Positions 7,082 to 16,666 of a stretch of 25,282 nucleotides of DNA are shown here, one piece after another (positions within the stretch are counted from its first letter, which is position 1; the number at the start of each line of letters is the position of its first letter). A program made the translations under genes and the position numbers. The notes below the pieces were generated by a model. It was not told the DNA's origin. It searched no databases and saw nothing but the letters and a program-made list of their open reading frames with translations. Source of the stretch: a virus (lineage: Duplodnaviria > Caudoviricetes); the IMG/VR virus record IMGVR_UViG_3300037855_000080, positions 1 through 25,282 of that record; one strand, 5' to 3'.

Positions 7082-7312
7082 TTAATAGTCCCCGCCGTCG
7101 AGCAACGCCTCAAAGGCACTGTCGGCACCATTGCGGATCTTGAGGGTTGGCGGTGTGGTGCTTGTATCGACCCAAAGCATCCCCGGCGCGGTCGCTGTTG
7201 GGGCAGTCGCGCCGCTGCTGGTCGATCTCAGCGCTGCGATGATCTGGTTGATCTGCGCGCGCACCGCCGCGCCATTGTCGTTGATGATCACAAAGCTGGG
7301 TGCTTGAGACAC
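7082..7312 (-). CDS. Stand-alone tail-fibre anchor domain
   Basis: 76 aa; GTG start overlapping the upstream TAG; I.NDNGAAVRAQIN..AL.S.SSGATAP..GMLWVDT..LKIRN resembles the N-terminus of long phage fibres; ends LLDGGDY. Confidence 0.7.
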   Translation of the reverse strand: MSQAPSFVIINDNGAAVRAQINQIIAALRSTSSGATAPTATAPGMLWVDTSTTPPTLKIRNGADSAFEALLDGGDY

Positions 7313-9903
7313 TATGCCACCTCATCCGCTATGAGCCGCAATTCCGAGACGATCGGCGTAAAAGCCGGATCACTGGTTCTGAGCCAGGCCCGCGCCTCGA
7401 CCGCGCGCGCTTCGATCTCGCTGTTGTCGATCCTGCCCCATGGACCCCAGACGGGGTTGGCCGCTGGATCGTCATCGGTTTCCCGGACCTCGAGGACGAC
7501 ATCGATATCAGCTCCTTCCGAGCCATCGAAGTCGGCCCAGCTGTCGATCGGGGTCATGCGGTCGTCGATGTAATCAGAGAGCGCCGAGGCGCCGACCAAG
7601 ATGTCCGAGCGTAGGCGCACGCGCCGCAGCGCTCCGAAGTCGAGGCGTGTCCCGAACTGATAAAGCCCCTCCGTCGCCAGCACGACTGGGCTGCCCGCGG
7701 CATCTGTCCCCGTCTCGAGCTTAAGTGTGCCAGCCGTTGCCAAGAGACCGGTTTTGGGACCCGGAAAGGACGGGTCCGCCGCAAGCGTGTTCAGTTGCGC
7801 AAAGCTCAGGATTTGCACACCCTTGGTCGTTACCGTGCTGACGGGACCAATCCGACCTTCGCTATCCTCGGCCCGCAGCAAGTAGGTCCCGGGCTTCAGC
7901 GGCACGACCGCGATAGCCTCCCCGCCCGAGACACGGTCCATCAGCGTTGAGTTCGCCCAAGAGGCATTTGCATCCTTGCTGTGACGTATAATGACGCTGC
8001 CACCCACCCGCACATCGACGTCGACCGCTCGCTGCCATTTCAGCACCGCAAGACCACCGGCCGACTGGATGGTCAGACCTTCCAAGGCAGCCGGCGGGGC
8101 TGTCAGCCCCACCACCTCACGCGTTCCCTCGCGCCAGGGCGAGGAGACACCCAGCACAGAGAGTGCTTTGACGCGGAAGTCCCATTGACCCGGCGCAATG
8201 TCGCGCAGCTCGATCAGCGTACCGCTCGTCCGCCCGTAATCTTGCCAATCGCCGCCATCGCGGCGCGCCTCGAACTGATAGCTCTCAACAAAGCCGCTTT
8301 GGGCTGCAGTCCAACGCACCCGCAACAGCACCTTTACCGCCGAGCCGTCCCGCGTGACGTAGAGCTCTTCTTCCCCCTGCGGCGCACCAGGCGGTGCAAT
8401 GTCAAAGGCCGAGGGCAGCGTGGTGCGCGGGGCGGCCGCATAGATCTGTTCCTCAGAGGCGTCCCAGTCATAGACCAAGGGCGAGGTCTCACGCAGCAAA
8501 AGCTCTGGCGCGATCCGCGGGCCAGACTCGAGCTGGGTCAGGTCCAGTCGGACGGCCTCCACCTCAAAAGGTTTGCCATCATTTGGATCCGCCCCACCAA
8601 AGCCCCAGCGGGAATAGCGCAAGAGCGTCGTATCGCCGGCTGCCACACGCCAGGCCTTGAGCTTGCCGGAGAGACGCACGCTCATCTGCCGCCGCGCGCG
8701 CTCCAGCTCGATCTTGGCCAGACGCTGCGCCATTGCCGCTGAGATCGTGAAGGGTAGCGCAATGTCGCGCCAAACCTGCTCGCCGCCATCCTCGACCCGG
8801 TAAGCCTCAGAGGCATAGGCCGGGAAGTCATCGGGCTGCCAGTTATTCTGCGGGCTCACGAACTGGCCGCGCACCGCGTTGAAGTTTGCAGCGCGGGTTT
8901 GGCGCGTGGTCAGCGTCATACCACCCTCGCGCGCATCATCCGCGGTAAGCAGGCTCGATGGTATTCGGTAGGCGCCTGCACGCATGCGCCACTGACCCGC
9001 CTGCCAGATGCAGCGCCCGGCCATGGCGGTCAACATCGCCTCGATGATGGTCTTGGGGGTTTCCGAGAGCGAGACCACCCCATTGCAGCTGTAGCGTGGC
9101 TCAAAGCCCCCACCTGCAAGCGCGATCTGTTCATCGCAGATATTGGCGGCCTCAATCAGGCTGTCGGTCTCGATCCCATCCGGCGCGCCGATGCCCGCCC
9201 CGATACCAAAGATGGGATGCGCCATATAATCTGCCACGCAGAGGGCTGCGTTTTCGGAATAGCTGCGCGCGCCCGTGCGTGGATCAAAGATATCGTCCTT
9301 GCCCTTCATATCGACCGTGATGTTCGGGATCCCGCTCGGGAAGACGTCCGGATCATAGGTCAGGCGCAGATAGATTGCAGCACAGCCCGCCAGTCGATGG
9401 GCTGCCGTCCAGAGATCAGGTGCTGCTGTGATCAGCCCCGCAAATGCGCTTTGATCGTCATGCCCGAGGCGTTTCTCAACCGCGAGCTTACCTGCCCATC
9501 TGCCTTGGGCCGTTCCGGCGGCATCGAGCGCCATCTCGCCCTCAAAATAGACAGCCCCGATGGATTGCACGCGATGGGCGGCCAGCACCACGATGAGGTG
9601 CAGGTCTTTGTCCTTGTCCCCTGTGGCATGCAGGAAGGTGATCACACCTCCTTTGCGCGTCCTGCCATACACCATCTGGCGCGGCATCACCGGCTCGCGC
9701 ACGGTCACCGTGCGGGCCTGCAAGGCGATCTGGCCCACCGAGGGCTTGGGCATCATCGATTGCGCCGCCGCTGAGAGTAGCATCGACGCGCCGAAGTTTG
9801 CGGCAAAGCCGATCAGACCCGTCGCTGCAAAAGCGGCCGCCACGCCGCCCGCCGCGATCGCCGCACCGCCAAGGGCCACGGCGCCAAGAATAATGGGTGG
9901 CAT
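7312..9903 (-). CDS. Central tail-tip / host-specificity protein (gpJ-like) with FN3-like domains
   Basis: 863 aa; PRQMVYGRTR, YSENAALCVADY, AANICDE, RYSCNG, AQRLAKIELERAR motifs; FN3-like GQWDFRVKALSVLG. Confidence 0.85.
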   Translation of the reverse strand: MPPIILGAVALGGAAIAAGGVAAAFAATGLIGFAANFGASMLLSAAAQSMMPKPSVGQIALQARTVTVREPVMPRQMVYGRTRKGGVITFLHATGDKDKDLHLIVVLAAHRVQSIGAVYFEGEMALDAAGTAQGRWAGKLAVEKRLGHDDQSAFAGLITAAPDLWTAAHRLAGCAAIYLRLTYDPDVFPSGIPNITVDMKGKDDIFDPRTGARSYSENAALCVADYMAHPIFGIGAGIGAPDGIETDSLIEAANICDEQIALAGGGFEPRYSCNGVVSLSETPKTIIEAMLTAMAGRCIWQAGQWRMRAGAYRIPSSLLTADDAREGGMTLTTRQTRAANFNAVRGQFVSPQNNWQPDDFPAYASEAYRVEDGGEQVWRDIALPFTISAAMAQRLAKIELERARRQMSVRLSGKLKAWRVAAGDTTLLRYSRWGFGGADPNDGKPFEVEAVRLDLTQLESGPRIAPELLLRETSPLVYDWDASEEQIYAAAPRTTLPSAFDIAPPGAPQGEEELYVTRDGSAVKVLLRVRWTAAQSGFVESYQFEARRDGGDWQDYGRTSGTLIELRDIAPGQWDFRVKALSVLGVSSPWREGTREVVGLTAPPAALEGLTIQSAGGLAVLKWQRAVDVDVRVGGSVIIRHSKDANASWANSTLMDRVSGGEAIAVVPLKPGTYLLRAEDSEGRIGPVSTVTTKGVQILSFAQLNTLAADPSFPGPKTGLLATAGTLKLETGTDAAGSPVVLATEGLYQFGTRLDFGALRRVRLRSDILVGASALSDYIDDRMTPIDSWADFDGSEGADIDVVLEVRETDDDPAANPVWGPWGRIDNSEIEARAVEARAWLRTSDPAFTPIVSELRLIADEVA

Positions 9904-9906
9904 GGA

Positions 9907-10347
9907 TCAGGTTCTCCAAGCAAGACGGCAAGAGTTGAGCGGCAGGGTCACCAGTCCGTCAGGCGAGACAAAGGCAGCCCGCGCGCCGATGCCAACGCCA
10001 AAGGCCTCAGGCTCTCCGCCCAGAACCAGATCACCACGTTGGGATAGGCGTGGGTCAGCCAATGGTTCGCCCAAGAGCGCCAGCCCACCTTCTTCGAGCG
10101 TCTTCCAGCCCAGCCGGCGCAGCACTCGCTGGCAGCCGCCGGGCGTGCGGTACCGCCCCCGCCAAAGCGCGGCATGGTCCGGGCCACCCGTCAGATCCCG
10201 GCGCAGATCAAAGGCCCAAGTCGCGCAATCATGCTGGCCCCATGCGAAGGGGCGCGTGTGGGCCTCTGTGATGGCTGTGGCAAACAGCTGTTCCCAATGC
10301 GGGATGCGGTCGGCGATGTGGGTGGCAACGCTGTTCCGTTCCATCAT
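9907..10347 (-). CDS. Tail-tip protein, NlpC/P60-like fold (lambda gpK position)
   Basis: 146 aa; PFAWGQHDCATW and QRGDLV motifs; synteny. Confidence 0.75.
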   Translation of the reverse strand: MMERNSVATHIADRIPHWEQLFATAITEAHTRPFAWGQHDCATWAFDLRRDLTGGPDHAALWRGRYRTPGGCQRVLRRLGWKTLEEGGLALLGEPLADPRLSQRGDLVLGGEPEAFGVGIGARAAFVSPDGLVTLPLNSCRLAWRT

Positions 10348-10907
10348 CCACGCCCCCAGGTGATCTCTTGGTCCTGGATGGCCGTGACATGCGCAAAGCC
10401 CAGATCGCCCGGGAAGAGCACTTGCTGGCTTTCATGGGTGTAGCGCCAGTTGCGCGGCACATTCAGATCAATGAGCCGGCTTTCATAGCTGATCGTGATC
10501 CGGCAGCTTTGCGCATCTTCCTGGATCTCCGGCACATCAAGGCGGCCCGAGAAGGCCCGCACGGGATCAGCGATGATCTGACGATCCTCGGTCAGAAGGG
10601 CGAGCCAGATGCGCCCCGGCTGACCCTGGCGCGCCTCATCAATCGCAAGCCCCACAAGATCAAGCGGCACGCCTGAGAGCGAGACCGTTGTCCCGGTAGC
10701 CACAACATCCGAGGTCTCTTCCAGCGCACCAAGCCCCAGAAGCACACCGACGCCGGTCCAGGTCTTGCCGTCCCATTCCACAGAGCCAGCCCCTGTCCAG
10801 ATCCGCACCATGCCGGAGGGAAAGGCGCCTTCAAACAAGATGGCTGGTCTGAGATCTGCCGCGTCAAGCGCATCGGCCAATGCCGCTGTGAGGTCGCGGC
10901 TCATCAA
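10344..10907 (-). CDS. Baseplate hub / minor tail protein (gpL position)
   Basis: 187 aa; WDGKTWTGVG, FSGRLD, RYTHESQQVLFPGDLGF..ITWG motifs; synteny. Confidence 0.75.
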   Translation of the reverse strand: MMSRDLTAALADALDAADLRPAILFEGAFPSGMVRIWTGAGSVEWDGKTWTGVGVLLGLGALEETSDVVATGTTVSLSGVPLDLVGLAIDEARQGQPGRIWLALLTEDRQIIADPVRAFSGRLDVPEIQEDAQSCRITISYESRLIDLNVPRNWRYTHESQQVLFPGDLGFAHVTAIQDQEITWGRG

Positions 10908-11503
10908 ATGGCCTCGCGTGCTGAGAGGGTAAACTGGTGACGCGCTGCACGCGCGATGCGGGTGGGAACCGACGTCGTAGGACGCAATAGCACCTGCGGT
11001 CTGTTCACCTCTAAAGCTGTGTTGGCGGGCAGCGCGCTGCGAATGGCTGGAAAGATCGTCAGGGTCGCCAATCCATTGATGTCCGCTGTTACATCAAAGG
11101 CGATCTGGTGCAGGCGGGTGTCGCGCGCTGTGCCCATGGAGAGAAAGTCACCCGAGGCAACGGCCGGCAGGCCAGAAGGCCAGCCCAGTGTTTGGACAAC
11201 GTTGCCGCCTGAGACAGGTGCCGCAAGCGTGATGGGATGCGCCAGAGCCTTCGGCTCAATTGCGGGATCGGTAAAAAGCAGCAGGCCTCTGCCCGATCCA
11301 AGCGCCGTCAGGGCAGCACCAACCGAGCGTGCGAGGGGTCCGGATTGTGCGGCAAATTCGATATCATATTCCCACCATTCCCCGCCCCAGTCCTGCACCT
11401 CCATGCTGCCTGTAAACGGGGACGGTGTCTGGCTGGTGGCTGTCACCAAGCGCCGCTCGAGGCTTGCGACCCAAGTACGGGGCAGCTCCACAATCACGCT
11501 CAT
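10904..11503 (-). CDS. Distal tail protein (Dit-like)
   Basis: 199 aa directly after the tape measure gene; SPFTG..VQDWGGEWW motif. Confidence 0.7.
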   Translation of the reverse strand: MSVIVELPRTWVASLERRLVTATSQTPSPFTGSMEVQDWGGEWWEYDIEFAAQSGPLARSVGAALTALGSGRGLLLFTDPAIEPKALAHPITLAAPVSGGNVVQTLGWPSGLPAVASGDFLSMGTARDTRLHQIAFDVTADINGLATLTIFPAIRSALPANTALEVNRPQVLLRPTTSVPTRIARAARHQFTLSAREAI

Positions 11504-13962
11504 GCCAGCCGCCCCCGGCGCATGGCGTTGCCTACAGCGGCCAGCGCAATCCGCTCGAACTCGGGCTGTGCGCTGCGCATCGCCGCCGCAATCTGTTCAG
11601 CCACCCCCATCTGCGCACCGCGGGCATCGACATTGAGATTTACGGCCACAGGAATGGCGCTACCTCCGCCGCGGGCGACCTCTGCGCGCGACAAAACCCG
11701 TTCACCCCGCTGCAGAATGGTGGGGACCTCGTCAGGGCGGAGCCCGGCCCAGGAGCCAACCGGCCCCACGGTGCCACCGCTATGCATCCGTGGCGCACCG
11801 GCAAACACCGCTGCGGGAACGGCGCGCGTATGGCCGGAGAGCCCCACCATGCCGCCGTTGTGGGAGACCACGGCTGCAACAGACCCACCACCGCCAAAGA
11901 CACCCCCAAGCGCATTCGCGATCGGTCCCAGGACGGCGCGACGAAAGGCCAGCACCGCCAGATCCGACAAGATCGAACGCACCAGGCTTTTGAAGTCGAG
12001 CTTGCCCGTCTCGACAAAGCTGCGGAACGCGCTTTCGGCGCCAGAGAAGGCGCGCGATAAGGTCTCTCCAAGGCCCTTGCCCCAGTTCAGCGCATCCGCA
12101 GCATAGGACTTCAAAGCATCAGAGACCGCGCGCCAGCCGGTGAGAATCTGTGCTCCTGCGCCAGCAGATGCGCCGCCTGCTGCGCTGACGGCTTGGTTCA
12201 GCCTGTCGGAAGAGGCTGTGGCCTCGTCAATAGCGGCAGCGCCGTCCTCGCCTGCACCCGCAACAGCATCGCGCAGTGCGGTCCAAGAGGTTAGCGGGAC
12301 TGTCGCACCATTCGCAAGATCAGTTGCGGCCTGCCGGTAGGTATTGGCCGTGGCCAGCGCTTCGGCTGCAATCTCATCAAGGCCAAGATCCGGAACGGTC
12401 AGGGGGTTGTCGGCGAAAGCGCGGCGGAAGGCATCAGCGGCAGCGCTCCCTACATTCGCTGAGGCGCCCGCAAAGGGGTTGGCGATATCCCCGAGGCTGA
12501 TTGCGCCAATCTCGCCAAAGGCGGTTTCAATGCCGACCGCTGCAAGCGCATCGCGAATGCGGCCTGTGAAGGTATCAATCCGCGCAATCGCACCGTTGAG
12601 CATCGCCTCGATCCCGTCGAGCATGCGGTTTGCAGCAGAGAAGACCAGATCGCCAATCACATCGGGCAGGCGCGACCAGATTTCCCGGATGGCGAGAAGT
12701 GCCCCCTCAAAGGTATTCGCCGTAGCGTTACCAAAGGCGACCACACTTTCAATCGCTCCCGCTATGCCGGTGGCAGCATCGGATTTTAGATCAAAGAACA
12801 TCGCCGTGGCGCGTGCCCCAGCAGCCGAGGCGCCCATCTTGATCCGGTCCCAAACCTCAACAGCGACGTCCTTCAACAGGCGCATCGCCTCACCAAAACC
12901 GCCTGCGCCGGACGCGAGGCGCGTGAACCAGTAGACTAACTCGCCCGCGCCAACGATTAGGGCCCCAATCCCAGTTCGGATCAACGCGCCGCGCAGAACC
13001 ACCAGCGTTGTGGCCAACCCGCGGACTGAGAGCGCAGCAACGGCCATTGCCGCCACCCAGCGTCCGGCGATAAAGGTGGCGAAGGTCCCCGCATAGATCG
13101 CCAACCGGTCAAGGTTGGAAAGGACCACATCAAAGGCCCGGCTCATTGGGCTCGTGGCAGAGGCCAGCGCGACAAAGGCATTGGCTGCAGCCTCAAGCGT
13201 GGGCGCCAGAGCAACAGCGATCCGGTTGCGGACGCCCGTGAAGACCTGACCAATGCTAACCAGTGCCAGTTCTGAGCGGCGCATGGCCGCGATGGCATCC
13301 GCATCAAGTACCGCCCCAAGCGCCTGCGCCTGCGCCCCAAGCCGGGTCATTTCGGCGCCACCGTTCTGCAGAAGCGGGATCAGCCGGGTGGTATCGGACG
13401 CCATCGCCTCGAGATAGAAAGTCATCTCTTGTTGGCTGACACCTGCTTTCTCCAGGCTTGAGACGTAAAGCTGCAGTGCTTCAGGACCAGAAAGCCGCGC
13501 AAACTGGTCCGCTGTCACGCCAACGCGCGGCGCGATGTTCTCGAAAAAATCCGCCATCGGCCCGCCGCCCGTTTGCAGAAAATCCCCCACGCGGTCATTC
13601 ACGTCCTTCAGGATATCGGCGAGCTTTTCTTGTTCGATCCCCACAGTGGCCGAGGCTGCCGCCCAGCGTTGGAACAGCTCCGGGTTGGCATTGGCCACCT
13701 GGGAGAGCTGGCCAATCTCATTTGCCGCAGCCACGGTCGAGCGGGTCATCGCAACGACAGCACCCGCCAGCGCTGTGGCCGCAGCAGTCGCCGCAATCTT
13801 GGTCCGGCGCGCAAAGGCAGCCATCCGCGCATTGGCTTGGTCCAGCTCGCGCGACAATCGCCCCATGCCGCGAGTGCCTGCCTCGCCCACACCTTCCAAC
13901 TCGGCGCGCACCTGGCGCCCGCCAGTCGCGGAGAGGCGGACGGAGACACGTTTTTCAGCCAT
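11500..13962 (-). CDS. Tail tape measure protein
   Basis: 820 aa from ATG at 13962 (MAEKRVSVRL); Ala-rich helical; C-terminal HSGGTVG..DEVPTILQRGERVL. Confidence 0.92.
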   Translation of the reverse strand: MAEKRVSVRLSATGGRQVRAELEGVGEAGTRGMGRLSRELDQANARMAAFARRTKIAATAAATALAGAVVAMTRSTVAAANEIGQLSQVANANPELFQRWAAASATVGIEQEKLADILKDVNDRVGDFLQTGGGPMADFFENIAPRVGVTADQFARLSGPEALQLYVSSLEKAGVSQQEMTFYLEAMASDTTRLIPLLQNGGAEMTRLGAQAQALGAVLDADAIAAMRRSELALVSIGQVFTGVRNRIAVALAPTLEAAANAFVALASATSPMSRAFDVVLSNLDRLAIYAGTFATFIAGRWVAAMAVAALSVRGLATTLVVLRGALIRTGIGALIVGAGELVYWFTRLASGAGGFGEAMRLLKDVAVEVWDRIKMGASAAGARATAMFFDLKSDAATGIAGAIESVVAFGNATANTFEGALLAIREIWSRLPDVIGDLVFSAANRMLDGIEAMLNGAIARIDTFTGRIRDALAAVGIETAFGEIGAISLGDIANPFAGASANVGSAAADAFRRAFADNPLTVPDLGLDEIAAEALATANTYRQAATDLANGATVPLTSWTALRDAVAGAGEDGAAAIDEATASSDRLNQAVSAAGGASAGAGAQILTGWRAVSDALKSYAADALNWGKGLGETLSRAFSGAESAFRSFVETGKLDFKSLVRSILSDLAVLAFRRAVLGPIANALGGVFGGGGSVAAVVSHNGGMVGLSGHTRAVPAAVFAGAPRMHSGGTVGPVGSWAGLRPDEVPTILQRGERVLSRAEVARGGGSAIPVAVNLNVDARGAQMGVAEQIAAAMRSAQPEFERIALAAVGNAMRRGRLA

Positions 13963-14643
13963 GGTTGTGTTCAATCTCTTGATTGGTTTTGCGCACCATC
14001 ACCGCCTCGATCGGTGGCAAGAGTTCTGCGATGATGAGAGGAGAAAGCCCGAGGGCCGCCCCGAGTTGCAGGGCAGCAGCCATATCCCAGCCGAGCACAG
14101 CGCCGCCGCTCATGCCACCTGCAACGCGGATCTGTCCGCCGAGGCGCTGAACCAGATCCCAGATCTGCCAGCCCTCGAGAGTGCGTGGCGCATGCAGGCT
14201 GCGCGGGCATTCCGCGCAAACAGAGGGACACGCCGCACAATACTCACCGCCCCCGCCGAACTCCCAGTCGGCGAGAGCGGTCAGGCGTTTTTTTCTGCAT
14301 CCAGTATCAGGGCGCCTGCGATGTATGTGGTCTGGAAGGCCTCAAAGATCGGCCAGAGCTCCAGTAGGGCATCGATGCCGTCATGCGTCAGAGACAGAGG
14401 CTCGCCGTCCTCGTCGCCAACGCCCTCCCAGTCCTTCACGACGATGCGCGCCACGGCTTTGGCCACGATACGCGCGAGATCATCATTGGAGGCACTACCT
14501 TCAGCATCCGCTGCCGCGGCGATGATCGCCGGATCACTCCGCGCGGCCAACATGATGGCGGTGGTCAGTGGCTCCACCAGTAGGCGGACGCCATGGCCAA
14601 GGTCGAGCCAGCGTGGCTCAGTAGAGAGATTCAAGCGTAGCAT
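13955..14643 (-). CDS. Tail assembly chaperone GT fusion made by -1 ribosomal frameshift (~229 aa)
   Basis: The -1 frame is open from the A AAA AAC site (14287-14293) to TGA at 13955-13957, reading KRLTALADWEFGGGGEYCAACPSVCAECP...IEHNHG; not shown in the ORF track. Confidence 0.85.
14246..14293 (-). promoter_or_regulatory. Programmed -1 frameshift signal (slippery heptamer plus stimulatory hairpin)
   Basis: A AAA AAC, 5 nt spacer GCCTG, then a 14 bp stem ACCGCTCTCGCCGA/TCGGCGGGGGCGGT (two G-U pairs) with an 8 nt loop. Confidence 0.85.
14281..14643 (-). CDS. Tail assembly chaperone (gpG-like)
   Basis: 120 aa between tail tube and tape measure; VKDWEGVGDEDGEP motif; ends EKNA. Confidence 0.85.
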   Translation of the reverse strand: MLRLNLSTEPRWLDLGHGVRLLVEPLTTAIMLAARSDPAIIAAAADAEGSASNDDLARIVAKAVARIVVKDWEGVGDEDGEPLSLTHDGIDALLELWPIFEAFQTTYIAGALILDAEKNA

Positions 14644-14645
14644 GG

Positions 14646-15587
14646 TCAGTACACCTCGCGGTCATTTGTAATGGTCACGGTGCACATGCGGCCAAGAACT
14701 GGATCGCTGGCGGCCTGCCAATCAAAGGTGGCCTGCACGCCTTGTGGGCCGGAGATTTCTATTCGCGGCCTTGGCAGATAGACGGCATGGGCGGTGACGG
14801 TCAGGTTTTCACCGGTGGGCAGTGTGTACGAGAACGCCAACTCGCAGGCCGCGCCGTTGATCGCCTGGGTCACCAGCGTTTGATCGGCAAAGCGCACGAC
14901 AACATTACCCGTCAGGGCGGCAATAGACGGGTCCGCGCCGTCGATCTTGCCGTCTGCCCGGATGGTCTCGATGCGATCGAGATTGTTGGCATAGGTCAGG
15001 TCTGCGGACACGACGTTGCCGATATTTGCGCCGTTTCGCGTGATTGCCCCGTTGAAATGACCGAACCGCTTCAGCGCGATATTGGCGGGCGTCCCTGCAG
15101 CACTGCTCGTGGCGATCTCCTCGCCCTGGGCCACAACGCTTGTCGTGGCTGTCAGCAAGCCTGATCGCGCCATCTGCCAGTTGAGGCTGTCGACCATGCA
15201 GCCGGCATACATCGCAAAGCGGGGCACCTCGGGCATGCCTGTCTCGACCGAGAACGACGGCAGAGCCCAACTTCCAGAACGGAACTCGTGCGTGTAGGGG
15301 GCATCGGCGCCCGTGGTTGTCGGCGCTCCAAAAGCTGCCTTCAGCCAGAAGCCGAAAGCTTCCGTGTCGATAGGCATGATGACATTGCCGTCCGCCGTCA
15401 CCGCATCCTTGATCGGCGCCTGCGGATCGCGCCCATAGCCAAGCAGTTCCGAGGTCTGCAGCGGTTGTTCAGCCCCCAGCGACGCGCTTGCAAAGGGCAT
15501 CTTGGTATAGCCGCTCGTTGGCGGCGTGCCATAAATTGTCTCGAACGCAAGCGCCATCTGCGCCCGCGCCCCTTGGGCTCGTGCCAT
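14646..15587 (-). CDS. Tail tube (major tail) protein
   Basis: 313 aa; MARAQGARAQMALAFET..YG start; AAGGAG RBS; synteny. Confidence 0.88.
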   Translation of the reverse strand: MARAQGARAQMALAFETIYGTPPTSGYTKMPFASASLGAEQPLQTSELLGYGRDPQAPIKDAVTADGNVIMPIDTEAFGFWLKAAFGAPTTTGADAPYTHEFRSGSWALPSFSVETGMPEVPRFAMYAGCMVDSLNWQMARSGLLTATTSVVAQGEEIATSSAAGTPANIALKRFGHFNGAITRNGANIGNVVSADLTYANNLDRIETIRADGKIDGADPSIAALTGNVVVRFADQTLVTQAINGAACELAFSYTLPTGENLTVTAHAVYLPRPRIEISGPQGVQATFDWQAASDPVLGRMCTVTITNDREVY

Positions 15588-15617
15588 GGTGTCTCTCCTT
15601 GAATGTCAGGAATGTCG

Positions 15618-16040
15618 TCAGGCCAGCGCTTCGCTGGTGGCGTAATGCAAAATGATCGGAACGATCCCGGCTTTGAGGGATGCGGCCCCTTCTACCGGAA
15701 GATCGACGGGCTCGGGTGCTTCGGCCTCGACCCAGTCACACAACCCGCGCAATGTTTGGTCAGCCGCTATTACAGCGCCGATTTGCGCCAAGAGTGCGTC
15801 GAAGATGGCGTCTCGATCTGTCGCCGATTGCACAATGACCTCAAGCTCGGAGCGATGCTGGAAGTGATAGGTCAGCGGCGACAATGTCACGCCGGGCTCA
15901 CCCGGGTTGCCATCACGCAGGATCATCAGCCCCGCGGGCGGAATGCGTTCCGGCAGAACTTCTCCACGCAGCACAGGCACATGCGGGATCGTGCTGAGCA
16001 GGTCCGCCAAGGCGGTCAGGATGGACTCGCGTACACTCAT
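15618..16040 (-). CDS. Tail terminator / completion protein (gpU-like)
   Basis: 140 aa from ATG at 16040 (MSVRESIL), ATGA overlap; directly upstream of the tail tube gene. Confidence 0.75.
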   Translation of the reverse strand: MSVRESILTALADLLSTIPHVPVLRGEVLPERIPPAGLMILRDGNPGEPGVTLSPLTYHFQHRSELEVIVQSATDRDAIFDALLAQIGAVIAADQTLRGLCDWVEAEAPEPVDLPVEGAASLKAGIVPIILHYATSEALA

Positions 16041-16666
16041 GTTTTTGCGTCCAGCCATTTTGCCACGATCAGTCCCGGAACCGCCGCCTGGGCGCGCTCA
16101 GCGTCGCGCGCCAGATTGAGCCGTTTCGTGAGCTTCACCTGTGGGACCAGGAGAAAGATCGGCACAGTACTCTGCCCGCGTCCAGTTTTCGACCGTGACG
16201 CCACTCCCAGCCCGCGACTGTTTAACCGACCATCTGCGACCAGCAGGCTCGGACCCCTCCGTCGATAGATAAACCGCAAGCGCAGACCACGCCGCCTCTC
16301 CCATTCGCCGGGCGTGAGCGCCTTGCCGCGGGCGCCTTTGCCTGCCGCTGGCGTCGGGATCGCCAACCAGAACCCGTCCTTTGACCGGATCAACGGGCCC
16401 GTGTCATGCGCCCCGATGATCTGAGGCGCGTTGGACCAGACCAGTGCTGCAGCATCAAAGCTTTCGCCCGCCGCCGGATAGGTCTTGGACCGGATCGTGT
16501 TTGCGAGCCGTTGTCCAAGACGGGCGCGCGTGATCTGGGTGCGCCAGTTGGATTTGAGATCGCCGCCCGCCGCGCGCATGGCAGCAGTGACTGCCTTTTC
16601 GCCTGCGAGGATTTCGGCTTGCATTGCGATGACGATGGCGCCCGCGACAGAGAGGTCGAGCTTCAT
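16037..16666 (-). CDS. Basic tail-completion / neck protein (DUF6441-like)
   Basis: 209 aa; very Arg-rich; GFWLAIPT motif; synteny. Confidence 0.7.
   Translation of the reverse strand: MKLDLSVAGAIVIAMQAEILAGEKAVTAAMRAAGGDLKSNWRTQITRARLGQRLANTIRSKTYPAAGESFDAAALVWSNAPQIIGAHDTGPLIRSKDGFWLAIPTPAAGKGARGKALTPGEWERRRGLRLRFIYRRRGPSLLVADGRLNSRGLGVASRSKTGRGQSTVPIFLLVPQVKLTKRLNLARDAERAQAAVPGLIVAKWLDAKT

Noticed and set aside
13971-14240. 89 aa ORF between the chaperone and tape measure genes
   Set aside because: Wrong frame; the protein-like reading is the -1 frameshift frame ending at 13955
15618-16040. Metabolic enzyme label (acyl-CoA transferase) that I recall being attached to similar proteins
   Set aside because: Size and position between the neck and tail tube genes fit a tail terminator; no enzyme motifs are visible
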